Below the pieces are notes generated by a model that searched no databases, was not told the origin of the DNA, and worked only from the letters and a program-made list of their open reading frames with translations. From Octopus sinensis (taxonomy: Eukaryota), in assembly GCF_006345805.1 (NCBI RefSeq), contig NC_043008.1, positions 32,550,001 to 32,614,000 on the forward strand: DNA of 64,000 nt, read 5' to 3'. Both the position numbers and the translations under genes were made by a program. This document shows, piece by piece, positions 13,702 to 27,867 of this stretch (its first letter is position 1; every line of letters starts with the position of its first letter).

Positions 13702-14308
13702 GCACACACACACACACTCACACACACGCACACGCACACACACGCACACACGCACACACACGCAAATACATATTCATGCACAAACACACTCACATATACG
13801 TTTGTACATTTATTTTATATTTAATTGTATATAGTGTATTTAGTTGGTGATGTTGTCCTCTTGGGGAGCTCTGGTGTCTCTCACTCTAGAGCTATTAATA
13901 TATTCTTCGCACGTAAAACTTGCTTCATTGACTTGTTAAAAGGATTTTAATTATCATCTTTGCCCAGAAGCCATTATACTTTCTCCACCTACCTGATCCA
14001 CACAAATCTGTTTCACAGTTGCATTGCCCTATTTGAGTTATTTGCCATGGTTCATCTTTTGTACACGCATATCGTACTGGCTGAATTTTTTTGTAACTCT
14101 TTCTCTAGAGTAGATTTGTGAGGACAATGCGTTGCTAATAAGACAAAAATACATACGTAACTGACACTTTACGTTTGAACAAATTTCAAAATTTTTCCCC
14201 TAAATCATGAAAATTAATTTTTCTGCAATTTTTAAATGATTTTCTTGAAATTATCTCCCTTTCTATTTGAGTGTTACTAATCATTGTCATTAGGTTTCTG
14301 TATTCTGG

Positions 14309-14542
14309 AAGGCGGCGAGCTGGTAGAAACGTTAGCACGCCCGGCGAAATGCGTAACCGTATTTCGTCTGCCGTTACGTTGTGAGTTCAAATTCCATCGA
14401 GGTCGACTTTGCCTTTCATCCTTTCTGGGTCGATAAATTAAGTACCAGTTACGCACTGGGGTCGATGTAATCGACTTAATCCGTTTGTCTGTCCTTGTTT
14501 GTCCCCTCTGTGTTTAACCCCTTGTGGGTAGTAAAGAAATAA
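14309..14542 (+). mobile_element. SINE family A, full length (tail type 1), with TSD
   Basis: Flanking direct repeat GTTTCTG(T/C)ATTCT at 14294-14306 and 14543-14555. Confidence 0.9.
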
Positions 14543-15499
14543 GTTTCTGCATTCTTTCTACAAGAGGCGAATTTCTCTTAATTTAGAATATGTGTAAGTG
14601 TGTGTGCGTAAGTGTGTGTGTACACAATTTGGTATACCATCATCTTTATTATTATTATTATTATTTTATGAGCTGTCGAATAATGTACAGAAACTATTAG
14701 TTATCTATATAAACCAGTGACAGCTCTTGAGATCCATATTTACCATAAATATCATTCCACCCAGTTTATAATGAATAAAAACTGGCATAGAAGAACATAA
14801 TATTTCAATTAGAGTCATATGAAATCAAATAGCGAACATTGATGAGTTCTTTTTTCAACCTGATTTCAACATTTTTATCTCATTTGCTTTCCTATGAACC
14901 GAAAGGTTAAACATACATATTCCATAGCGAATCGCTAACTTATGGAGAGCAAAACAGACCAATACCGGTTGCCATAAAATGACTAGATGGACGAACACAA
15001 AGACACAAACTGAGATATACACATATATTCGACGGGCTTTCACACAGTTTCCATCTACCAATTTCACTCGCAAGACATTGGCTGGCCCAGGGCATATTAG
15101 AAAACACTAGTTCAATGTGACATGCAGTGGGACTGAACTGGAAACCATGTGGTTTCAATGCGAGCTTTTTAACCATGCAGCTATGCATGAACCTATCATA
15201 TATATTCAAGACATTTCTAAAGGAAAGATAACATCTAGAATTGGATTCGATCAAGATTTTTCCAAAAATTATTGATGAATATATTCATTGCATGCATCAG
15301 TTGTATGACACGAAAAGAGTAATTCTATTTATATTATACTATATCGTGTCATCTCACGATATGATATTTTATTACATAACAAATAACAATGCATTATATT
15401 AAGACATCCAACCGTAAGATGTTATGCTACCAATATTATGTAATGTATATTAGCAAACACTACTGTTATTAAATATATTATTCTCTAGCATTAAGTTTT

Positions 15500-15746
15500 A
15501 TTGGTTTCAAATTCTAGCACAGGGTCAACAAGTACGTTGTGGGTGTAAGTCGATTATATTAACCCTCGTACTCAACTGGTACTTATTTTATCGACCCCGA
15601 AAGGATAAAAAGAAAAGTCGATCTCGGTGGAATTTGAACTCAGAACGTGAGGACGAACGGAATGCCGCTTAGCATTTTGCCCGGCGTGCTTGCGATTCTG
15701 CCAGCATTTTGTCCGATGCGCAAACAATTCTGCTAAATCACTGCCT
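15500..15746 (-). mobile_element. SINE family A with TSD; further partial copies to ~16240
   Basis: Family A reverse complement flanked by CTAGCATTAAG at 15485-15495 and 15745-15755. Confidence 0.8.
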
Positions 15747-16256
15747 AGCATTAAGCTGTATTATGCTACATGATATGTTGCTACAAAATGTGGCGTGCTG
15801 GCAGAATCTTTAACCCACCGATCAACATACTTAGCAACATTTCGTTTTGGCTTCAAATACCACTGAGGTCGACTTTGCCTTTTGCCATTTCAGGATCGAA
15901 AAATTTGTAATCGACTGTCTCACTTCCCCAACAAGCTTTGTGCCAACAGTAATGATTATATTGGGTCACAATATCCAATGGTGAATCACTTTAAGTTAAA
16001 ATATCTTAGGAAATGCTACGCTATCTTATAGTGGTTCCATGTTCTGGCACTAGATCAGTATTTTAGGGGAGTAAGATAATTTGTTAAATCGACCTATTCG
16101 ACAAGTAATTATTTTATCGATGGCAGAAAGATGAAAGGCAAAGTCGACTACAGCAAAATTTGAACCCAGAACGTCAAGAGGTGGGAAAATGCTCTGAGCG
16201 TTAAGACCAATGCTTTAACGATTCTGTCAGCTCGCTGTTTTAATTCTATCTTATGA

Positions 16257-17400
16257 TACAGGGGTGGGAAAAAGTAGGTATACAGTTGCTTAATATGAGT
16301 GGAATGTCCTTTTCATTTCTCTACTTCCTTTTTAAGAATAAGAATTCTATGATTCTATGTTCCTTGTAACTAATTCTTTGTATACTAAATTTCAGATATT
16401 TATATCATATAGCTGGAAAATTGACCAATGAACGAAAGCGGATCATAATGTTCTTTTGAACAGGCTGACAAGAGCCTCCCAGTATAGCTAAAGCTTCTCG
16501 TACAAATAATCGGCTATTAGATCTCTCGCAGAGGATTTTTCATTCGCTAGTTTTAGAACAACCGCCAGGAGAGCTTCACTAGTCATGTTATGTGCTTTGG
16601 GACAAATGTTTGCACAATGTTCACTTTGTAGCTCATTTAAATATATTGTATTATGGTTGAGCTACTTATTTACATTCCAGGTTCCACCCATCACCAAACC
16701 ATTGTAGATCATTCTGAGGAAGAACTTTTACAATTTTGTTAGTTTGATCTTCCGTACTGTGATATACAAAGTGTGGGTTCCTAAGTTCGGGGACCAAATT
16801 TGCTTAAGGAGTTCAAACTTGGTTTTTTAAGAGGATGTTCAAAGAGTTTTCATAACTACGCAAAAATTTTGGAGGTGCGCTTGTATCTTCAGCAACCCCT
16901 GTTCCCGAGCTCATATGTCGGTTGAATGTAAACTTATGATTTATGGTCCTAAATCCTTCTAGCTTCTCACGATGATGAAACTTTTCATTTACCCTTTGTT
17001 TTTTGTGTTTAAAAGTTATTAGGTCACCGTTGAGTTTCTGTAGACTTTGGAGAGTCTATCATGCAGTCACTGTCATTATTCACTTTGCATCTATCAATCG
17101 TGTTCAATTGTCCGAGACTTTTCCTGATTCTTTTGGAAAAGGGTAATCCATTTTAAATAGGCGTTCTTATTTCGATCGGTTTCTGTCATTCTCGTCTGAT
17201 GGCTGAACGGTAATTGCAAGACAAAAATAGAAAGATATTCTGATGTCCAAAAGTTAGAAGTTTCAATTTGTGCAAATGTGTTATTCATTAACTTGATGGA
17301 TCTCCGATCGATCAGTAGGTTTTTCTAACAAGATGTTTTAACACTGCTCTTTCGTGCAATGGTTTATCGATGTAAATACTCACATTTTACTAGAAATTGA
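16257..17400 (-). mobile_element. Possible highly decayed Tc1/mariner-superfamily transposon
   Basis: TIR-like TACAGGGGTGGGAAAAAGTAGGTATACAGTTG at 16257 and faint transposase-like words on the minus strand (FPKESGKVSD, LQWFGDG). No matching second TIR found. Confidence 0.3.
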
Positions 17401-19068
17401 CTATCGGTTGTTTTTATTATATTCTTTACTGCTTTCTGTTTGTTCATAAGCGGCTATTGCACGTTGGTGTAATAACCGCAGTTCTATAGATTGGAGCGAC
17501 TGGGCGCAGCTGTTTGGTTGGTGGCAATTTGGCACAGTTGACTGGACATAGAAACTGTTTTGGTGACAGTACCTTTTGGCTCTGAAGGCAAACACACGCG
17601 TGTGCGCGTGCAGAAATACACAAAAAAGCATACACACGCATGCGCACGCTCACACACACACACACAGATCACAATTTATTAACTGAGCACAATTGACATA
17701 TACAGTTTCTCTCTCCACATACAGAAAAATAGACCCACACACAAATAGATAGATCGATAGATAGATAGAGAGAGGGAAATAGAACGAGGGAGAGAAATAG
17801 AGAGAGAGAGAGAAATAGAGAGAGGGAGAGAAGTAGAGAGAGAGAGAAATAGAGAGAGAAAGAGAAAGAGATAGAAAACAATAGAGAGACCAGGGGAGAA
17901 CGAGAGAAACATTTAAATATCTGATGTCAAATATGTCGGTGTCCAATCAGTGACGCCAAGTTAGCGGCGCCAAAACGGCTGGGCTAACACGTCTCATATC
18001 CCCAATCCTATCTACTTTATTGCTGTGATTTTCACTGCGGTCGTCGTCCCTGTTCTTTGCCGTTTTCTCAAAGGAAGAATTTATTAGTCAGTTGATATAT
18101 CTGTATTTTCTGTGTGTCTTTAATGGTCGATTATGTTAGGAAGAGTATGGATATTCTACATCCTACTAGCTCTTCATTCCCTTCATATACCCAATAGAGG
18201 GACCTTCTTTAGTTTGTTTATGGAATTTATACAAGTTTTGATTCATTTCAACTGTCCAGCAGAATTTCTCTTGATAGTTCCACGTCTACCCGTGATAAAC
18301 AATCCCTGTTTCCTGTCTTGCTATGGAGCATCTAGTAACAATCCTCGCTGTTAGGTTACTGCTACGATCTGTAAAGAGGCATCTATTTCCATTTATCCTA
18401 AGATAATCATTTTATTTTTTTAATTTTATATATGTCGAAGAGCGTTGGCCCGAAACGTGAAAGACATTCCCATTCTTCCGGAGCGTCAAACTAATACACA
18501 TGTTTGTTGTTCCTTCACCTATCTTCGTCTTTTATTTTCTGTAAATTCTGTAAATATATTACATTACATTATATTATATTATATTATATTATATTATATT
18601 AATGATATTTATTATTTTTTTGCCATGCAGTTATTAATGAAAATTTCCTGGTGCCGAATATGCAGAAAGAGTTTTTTTGTCAAAGTAAGTCACTTAAATG
18701 ACAAGCTTTTATAAAATTCTTTTTGAATTATTTATAGTTGCACACGCACGGTGCGCGCGCACACACACATACAGCATAAAAATGAACAGCCCAATTCGTA
18801 TACCATAATTCACAGATATTTTGTAAAAATAACCACAATTTAAGCAATCTAAATTGCTTCACAATTAAAGAATGTATGATTTTCTTTCTCCCATGTTTGA
18901 AACGGTATACTAACGTTTGGAAAACGTTGTTTTTAAATCAGATATTCCAGTGCATACCGTTTGTACATTGAATTTAAGAGAGATGAGTGAGAATATGTGC
19001 GTGCATGAGAGACAAAGAGGAAAGAGAAAGGGAGAAAAGAGAGAAGTTGATAGAAAAAGTTAGTGGTG

Positions 19069-19558
19069 GAATTCTGGTTTTAGCACCCCAAATAACCCCT
19101 CGTAATTAAAAAATTTTTTTGAATTATCTGAAAAGTTTTGCAGATTTGTGTTCTACACACGGGGATTCATACAATTGTGAAAACTAATAATTTTTTTATA
19201 TGTGTGATTTAAGGGCGATTTAGCCGTTATTTTTAGCACAACTCCCGACCACCTGATACCTTCCTCGTTTCATTGTCATTCTGACATGTTTATCAATATT
19301 TTCTCCCTATAAAGACATTCAGTTGAATGCTGATGCACTAAAGGGTGGTCCATTGCTTGAATTTAAACCAAAATTTCGGGCTGTCCTTTTTTTAAAAAAA
19401 AATTCGAGGTGGGATAAAAAAAATCAAAAAGAAAAATTCTTTTCATAATCGTGAGAATTCTTGTGTGTAGAACACAAATTCACAAAATTTTTTGAAAATT
19501 CCCCAAAATATAAAAAAAATGTTACGAGGAGTTATACGAGATGCTTAAACCAGAATTC
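19069..19558. mobile_element. MITE-like element with ~115-bp imperfect terminal inverted repeats
   Basis: Left arm GAATTCTGGTTTTAGCA...CCTCGTAA...ATTTGTGTTCTACACAC mirrors right arm GTGTGTAGAACACAAAT...TTACGAGG...TGCTTAAACCAGAATTC. Confidence 0.78.
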
Positions 19559-20144
19559 TGCTGAATTAGCCAGACCGAGAATGAAGGGAAGAGCTGAAGA
19601 CAGGGAGAGAAAAATTAAAGAGGAATTAAAGAGAAAATGAAGAAGAAAGAAAAATAATGTTTGACGCGGTAAACTGACGGATGTTTCTCTACATCACGCT
19701 AGCACTTTCACTCTGCTATCATTCCTGTACAACTCTCAGCTTTTATTATGTCTTGCCTTGAATATTCTCAGTTTTATCCCAAAAGCCGAGGATCCGAAAT
19801 ATTTTTTCCATTCGTTATGCGGGGGTGAGGATGGGTGAATTTGGAATTGTGTGCAGAGTTTGGAAAAGAGTCGAAGTGAAATAACTATGTTCTATGAAGA
19901 CAAATAGACAAGCATCAACGCTTAGAAAATTCACAGCCCTTGTAACCCAATATGACTGAATTCGTCATTGAGTTATGTATGTATGTATGTATGTATGTAT
20001 GTATGTATGTATGTATGTATGTATGTATGTATGTATGTATGTATGTATGTATGTATGTATGTATGTATGTATGCGTGTATGTAGGTAGATTGGCAAGCAG
20101 CTTGGTAGGTAAGTAGGTAGGTAGGTATGCATGCATGCGTGTAC

Positions 20145-20192
<48 letters not shown>

Positions 20193-20199
20193 TATATAT

Positions 20200-20230
<31 letters not shown>

Positions 20231-21190
20231 TCTTCTTTAAATCCAAGATTAGGCTATCGAATATCAATTCAATTTTATCCTCTACAAAACTCAAAGCGAA
20301 GTTATTTCAGCTCCACTGAATTATTTCATTTTTTTTTGTTTTTAGTTTTTGTTATTTCTATTTGGTGTTTTTCGGAGGATGAGGATTGGTAGTGGAGGTG
20401 GTGATGGTGGTGGTAGTGGGATAACAATCCGAGTCGATAAATAAAAATTGAATTGGATTGTTCCAAATTGTATCTGCTACTTGTTCAGAGATAAAATTCT
20501 TTCAATTCCTATCGGTTTTCCCTCTTTATCTCTCATGTTCTTACTCATAGACTCTTCCTGCCTTCCTTCCTTCCTTCCTTCCTTCTTTCTTTTCTTTTTT
20601 CTCCCACATTGGCTCTCCTCCATATCTCTCTCCCTTTCCCTCTCTCATTCTTTCTTTGTGAGCTTCGACCCCCTCCCGCCTAGTTTAAATGTGTTTGATC
20701 TTTGTGTGGTTTTCGTTTACTCCTGGTCAGATTCTCATTCAATGCCTATAAAATTCTTGTTTGATACTTGTTTGTCCTCTTCTAATTATTCTTCTTTAAA
20801 GAGAATGATAACATTTAAAAAGAAAACGCCGAACTATCTTTTTGTCACTGCTTTCCACATTTTATTTCTCATTAGCGGCTGGATATTATTTCTACAAATA
20901 AACCCGTACAACAGATGAGGCTACGGTCAGCTTGACTTTCTGTACTTTTAGAACGATATTTTACGATTCAGTTGCCATCAACACAAAGCCATGTAAGGTC
21001 ACCCTTTAAGTTGTGGCTCTCAGTGAATTTCCGCAGGCATGGTTATAGATGCTGGCGTATCTATGACGATAAGAAGCTTGCTTTGCAATCACGTGCTTTC
21101 AAGTTTGGATCTACTATGCACACTTTAGACAAATGTCTTCTACTCTAGCCTCGATCCGACCAATGCCTTAGGAGTTAATTTAGCAGATAT

Positions 21191-21356
21191 AGGCGTAGGA
21201 GTGGCTGTGTGGTAAGTAGCTTGCTTACAAACCATATGGTTCCGGGTTCAGTCCCACTGCGTGGCACCTTGGGCAAGTGTCTTCTACTATAGCCTAGAGC
21301 TGACCAAAGCCTTGTGAGTGGATTTGGTAGACGGAAACTGAAAGAAGTCCGTCGTA

Positions 21357-21389
<33 letters not shown>

Positions 21390-22064
21390 GCATGTGTGTG
21401 TTTGTGTGTCTGTGTTTGTCCCCACCAACATCGCTTGACAACCGATGCTGGTGTGCTTACATCCCCGTAACTTAGCGGTTCGACAAAGGAGAATGATAGA
21501 ATAAGTACTAGACTTACAAAGAATAATTCCTGGGGTCGATTTGCTCATCTAAAGGTGGTGCTCCAGCATGGCCACAGTCAAATGATTGAAACAAGTAAAA
21601 GAGTAAAAGAGTAAGAGACTGTGTGTGCGTGCGTGTGTGTATATAAATAGGCGTGGCTGTGTGGTAAGAAGTTTGCTTCCCAGCCATATGGTTCCAGGTT
21701 CAGTCCAACTGCGTGACACTTTGGGCAAGTGTCTTCTACTATTTCTACTATAGTCACGGGGCGACCAAAGCCTTGTGAATGAATTTGGTAGGCGGAAATT
21801 GAAAGAATTCCATCATACACATACACACGTGTGTGTATGTGTGTGTGTGTGTCTTTGTGTTTTTGTCTGTCTCCTCCTCTTGACCCCAGTATTAATGTAT
21901 TTATGTCCCCGTATCTTAACAGTTCAGCAAAAGGGACGGATGGAATAAGTATCAGGCTTAAAAAGAAAATAAGCACTAGAGTCGATTAGTTCGGCTAATA
22001 TTTCTCAAGGCAGTGCTCTAGAATGGCCGCAATTTAATGGCTGAAGCAAGTTAAAGATAAAAGA
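21191..22064 (+). mobile_element. Two tandem SINE family B copies (21191-21614, 21649-22064), plus a partial tail to ~22340
   Basis: Consensus matches. Confidence 0.87.
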
Positions 22065-22089
22065 TGATATATATATATATACATTTATG

Positions 22090-22137
<48 letters not shown>

Positions 22138-23309
22138 TTGTATATATGTATATATGAATGAACGTATACGTGTGTGTGTGTGTGTGTGTGTGTGTTGGTG
22201 TTGTTTGTTTGGCATAAAACACTGGTTAAATAAGTACCAGAAAAATAATTGCTCAGTTCGATTTATTCGACTAAACCCTTTAAGGCGGTGCCCCAGCATG
22301 GCAGCAGTCGAATGACTGAAAGAAGAAAAAGATAAAACAGGAAAAATGTGGAGAAAAAATTTCATTTCATTTCATCTATGAAAACAGCACTCGTTTCCCC
22401 ATCAACACTAGTTCAACGCCCTATCAATGATGTTACTTCTAACAGAAATTTCACATTTGATAAAGCCTTAGATACACTGCACCTGAAAAAGAAAAAAAGA
22501 AAGAATGATTAAGTTATGACTTGAAGTTTTATTTTTATCATAGGGTTGCTGGATCAGGGCTGACTCGTAACTAAGCAACAATAATAGTAACAACAACATG
22601 AAGCTTGCTTTTCATAATGTACGCAAAATTTCAGTATGACTGAAAAGAAAAAATAACAGAAAAGCATGTGTTGGTCACTCAGAATGCCTTTGGACATAGG
22701 TCTACGGAATCTAGGGCTAAGTAACAACAACAACAACAGCAGTAGCAGCTGTAGCCGTAGCAGAGCAAACAACAACAACAACAACAATACGAGAAATAAA
22801 TGTATCAATACGTATCATGCCAAGAAATTGTGTTCAAACAAAGAAATTTCGAAGCAATAGTTGGGTAGCGAGTGACTTGATCTGAGTCTGTGTGCTGAAA
22901 AAGAAACAAGGAGATTAAATAGAAAAAACTATTTTAGCCTTTTAGGAAGACAAACATCGTAAAATTCAATTTTTATTTATTCCGTAAGCTGTTGAAATTT
23001 TCGTCGTCATCTGCGACCTGAAAACGTAATTAATATGGCAACAAGTAGAGACAAATGGTAATCATGAAATTTAATTTCCGTATGAATGTGTATGACTTAA
23101 CGACTTTACAAAATATTACAAAATGTCTTAAATTGTAACTGGAAAACGACTTCTACTTGTCCTCTTAGAGGTCACTACTTATTACACAACGTTATTTACA
23201 GATGTAGTGAAATTACATCTATAGATACCTACTATTTACATAGGATCAAAATCTCATCTACGCTTTTTAAATACCATTATAACTTACACACACAAACACA
23301 CACACACAG

Positions 23310-24225
23310 ATATTGTTGCCAACTGAGTACTTCGTACGAAGTTTGGTATTTGCAGCTTTTGATGCCAGAATATTGCCTTTTTGGAGATGGTCCCAAGTGC
23401 ACTGTTCACAACAGGTACCACACTCTTGCTTGAGGGTCTATAGATGCGTTTCATTTCCAATGCTAGGTCTTGATAATTTCCGACTTTCTCGTTCTCTGTC
23501 TTTAAAATATTTTGGTCTGTAGGTATAGCTACATCGACGAATGTCCATTGTTGGATTCCTTCCGTAGGAGAGTGATATCTGGCCGTTTACGTTGCAACTT
23601 CTTATCTGTGAAGATTAGCACATCCCTTGTGAGATTCGCCTCATCTTTCTCTGCTACTTACAAGAGCTGGAACATTCTAGCCTATACTTCCTGTACAACT
23701 TCCAGTGTATTCGCACTGCCACCTTGCCATGGTGTTTTTTGTACCCCTTTTAGCCGAATTGTCTCAGATGACTTTTTACATAATCTACACAAAGGTAATA
23801 CTGCTGTCTTTATGCTACACTTGATCGAGTTGGCTCGTAAAGCTTGTTCTTAAACAGCAAGAATCAGTCCTTCCGTCTTCTTTAAAAATAAATGTTTTGT
23901 CTCCAAGATTCTTCATCGGCTTCATTCGATGTTTGCTGGAAAAGCTCTCTGTGTAGGACCTTTTCTTTCCTGTTGTTGATCTTTTCTTTATTAGCCTTCA
24001 TACCAAATTCCAGGAGGGTCCCAACATTGTCAAAGATCACCTTCTCACTCAGTGCAGCCTGCAAATTTCTTTCATAGCTATTCCTCCGATAGGCATACAA
24101 AGACTTGATCTCCTTTCCAACACTATCCTTTATACCAACCAGCACTCTTCCAACTTCCTTCCTAGGTAAGTAAAGCCTCACTACATTACTTTTTGTATGA
24201 ATGCGCTCATGTATAGCCATTACCT
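23310..24225 (-). pseudogene. Decayed 3' part of an R4/Dong-like non-LTR retrotransposon (RT thumb, zinc knuckle, restriction-like endonuclease)
   Basis: Minus-strand translation across stops and frameshifts: IHTKSNVVRLYLPRKEVGR, KEKVLH, TEGLILAV*EQALRANSIK, CRLCKK, IHWKL, KRPDITL, FVDVAIP, ENEKVGNYQDLALEMKR, VVPVVNSALG. Confidence 0.8.
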
Positions 24226-24403
24226 TCATAGTTTTTTCTCTCCGTGTTGGCCAGTTTTTTCTTTGTTCATTCCACTTCTATGCAATAACGTTCCCTCTGT
24301 TCATCATTATTATTGTTGTTGTTGTACCAGTTGAACACTGGGGTCAATGTAATCGACTCATCTCCCCCACTAAAAAGTGCTGCCCTGTGGAAAAATTTGA
24401 AAC

Positions 24404-24465
<62 letters not shown>

Positions 24466-26725
24466 GCATTTATCTTTTTAATTAGACCAATATATGAGTA
24501 ACAACACATCATTTCCTGATAAATAAATCAATTATTTTATTCTATTTGAAACTGATTTGATAACCGTCTCGAAATTTATAACTACGCTATACTTTTCGTG
24601 TGGGAAGCGTGTATATATGCATGTAGATATAAGTATGGATAGTGTGTATATATATATATATATATATATGTCTGTGTGTGTGTGTGTATGTGTGTGTGTG
24701 TTGCGTGTGTGTGTGTGTATGTGTGTATGTGTGTGTATGTATATATCTATATCTAGATGCATACTTGAACTTACATTATTTCGTATATGTGCAGATGTGT
24801 ATATTTAGGTGTATGGATATATGCATATATGAGTGGGTGTAGATAAATTAAAATTACGTATACGTATATAGGTGTCAGTGTTTGTGTGCGTGTGCATGCG
24901 AGTGTGTAGGCATGGACGGTTATCCATCATGAACAAATTTGTTACCTGCTTTCATCACGACTGCTTTCTAAACCATCTATCATTGTTAACTTAGAAATGT
25001 CTTTCATCTATGACAACTTTGATGGCTGACCTTCTTTATCTTCTTAATTATCCAGGCTGCACATCCTTATCATTTTGTCTTTATTTTATTGATAGCATAA
25101 AAATAATAGCGTTTCTCGTTCCATTTCTTTGAGGCTGTTCAAGAATTTTCCCTTCAATTTATATACACAGATGTATCTTTGCACTGTCAACCAACCTATT
25201 GTGATAAATAATAATGGATTGAATTACAATATTCTTTTAAATATCAAGAGCTTGAACGTTATAATGCAATGGTCTACGATACGATTTCCGCACAGCAAGC
25301 TTCTATTCGCTAGTGAAACGTGTAAAGATCTTGTAATTTATGATGTTATAATAAAAATTTATGAGAATTTTTCTGCTTTATTCTGCTCTCAGATACGCAC
25401 ACTGTAAGTTATTCAAATGTATATGGTACCAAACCAAAATCCGAGGACAAATATTGCTTAAAACTCGATTGAAATTTGCCTAAAAAAGAATTTACATAGA
25501 GTTCTAAGCATTGGCTGTTATGCTGTCTCATTTAAAAGAGCACTATTTCAATATATGGCGAAAGTCAACTCGTGACCGAGTAAGACTGCTTCTTAAACTC
25601 AGTGAGTCTGTGCAAACGTTCTGCGAGTTTAAGAAGTTCCTGTGCATGAACTTGTTTTGAGTGGATAAAGTGTTGCACAGCACTGAATTCACTTTTAATC
25701 GTAATCAGCTTTAAAACCCGAGGCACAACAGACGTTTAAGCGACCAGAAACCAATTGCACTTCAGGTTTGGTTTATATGCAAGTTTATCTTCTCCTAGAA
25801 GAAAGTTCTAACAAGAACAAGGTGCTTCCACTCCCAACACTCACGCACACACATACAGACACATACACATATAAACACACACAAACACAAATATACACAC
25901 ACACATACATGCATGCATATGTACACACATGCCCGCACACACACACACACAGGTGAAGGTTAAAGTATCGCATACACAGTATACCGCTAAAATCCCTCAA
26001 TGTTATATTTTGGAAATTTTGAAGAACTAATTTCATCATATGATTCGACGGAGAATGTACTTTGTGAAAGCTTCTGGCTACATGCATAAGACATAGGGTT
26101 TTGTCCAAGGAATAACTAAAAAATTAACAAAGCGTAGTTACTAACTGATGGCTTCTACAGCTACTGATAGTCGTAAGAGTTAGGTTTTTAGGGATTGCCG
26201 CTAGATGTTCAGTTTCCTCATTTGATTTCCCCTCACTGTGAGCCTAATCATTAACAATTTGCCTGTTCAAAGAATTTTGATGCTTGTCCTAAACGTTCAT
26301 GATTGTTTTCATGAACGTTAGCCTTTAGATAGCCTTGAGTAATGTAAAGCTTTCCTTTTATAATCCCCAAGTTACTCTAAAGTTCTTTTTTAAAATTTGG
26401 TATGCGTATATTTCCTTCGATGCCACAGGACAGGCAAAGGGTTACTCTACCAAAAACAACTGTGTGTCATTCAGCCCACCGCAAAATTATCACACCATAA
26501 CACCGGCATAATCGCACACTGACCCAATTATTGTTGAAGCGAATCATGGACACCAGTACTTATTTTAAGCCTGACGCATATTCTATCGGTCTCTTATGCC
26601 AAACCGCTAAATTACGAAGACATAAGCAAACCAAACATCCGTTGTCAAGCGGCTGTGGGAAAATACACACACACACACACACAACACACACACACACATG
26701 CATGACTGCTTACATACAAACAATC

Positions 26726-26777
<52 letters not shown>

Positions 26778-27773
26778 TTGCAGTTTGATATTTCCTATGT
26801 GCGACTATATGTTGTTGATTTCATTGTTATCATCGTTGTCTCTCTTTTGTTGTCATTGCTGCTGCTGTTGCCACTGCTGCTGCTGCTGTTGTTGTTGCTG
26901 TTTGGAGAGAAGCGTGTAGGTGGTTGCGGTGTACATTTCATATTTCCTACTCATGGCCAGTTTATTCTATTGGAAGTACTTGCAACATTAATTTATACAA
27001 ATAATTTTTCCTTACGTCGCATTTAAGAGCATTTTTTTCTATCTTGTCTACAAGTAATTTAACTAATATTGGGCTCTTACCGAGTTTATAATACCACTCG
27101 ACATCACTGTTCGTTGCTGCTGAAGAAAGCTGCTCGTACGGGCTTATTAAAGTGTAATTTAGAAATACAAACCTACTAGTAACTACTAAACTACTCGAGA
27201 TGCATTAGAACTGCACAAGAAAAGGCCCTACACCCACTAGAACAATTGTGTTCGCGCGCAATATCATTTGCAAGTATGAATGTAGGAATATATTTAATGA
27301 ACCTTATCAATGAGGCCAGTATTTCGGGAGCTGATAGTGTTTATTTCACAGCGCCCACCTTATGAGAGATTCGAGTTTGAAAGACAGCTGTGATATAGAG
27401 AAATAGAGGATTCTTCATGCTTAAAAACTAAAGATCTAAGACGTTAATGTTATTGACACTAGATTGATTTCCTTCTGTCTTGTTTTTTTTTTACTTTTGT
27501 TTTATTTATTTGTGTGTATGTTATGTTTATTTTTGTTAATTTGTATGTTTGCTGTTGTCTTCTTTTTCTTTTTCTTTTTCGAACACTGTTTTGTTTTCGA
27601 TTTGTAATTTGCGGAAAATTGTAATTTTATAAAGCTATTGGAATGTTAATTATCGTTATAAATACTAAAACAATGAAATAATAGATACTTTTTAAGCAAT
27701 CAAACCAAAAAAAAAAAAAATGAAAATATTACTAAGTAAATATATAAACGAAATAGAGATAAAGAGAGGGGGA

Positions 27774-27808
<35 letters not shown>

Positions 27809-27827
27809 TGAGTGAGAGAGAGAGAGT

Positions 27828-27867
<40 letters not shown>

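Noticed and set aside
25589-25636. 12-bp perfect inverted repeat CTTCTTAAACTC/GAGTTTAAGAAG
   Set aside because: Not extendable; one such stem is plausible by chance in 64 kb of AT-rich DNA.
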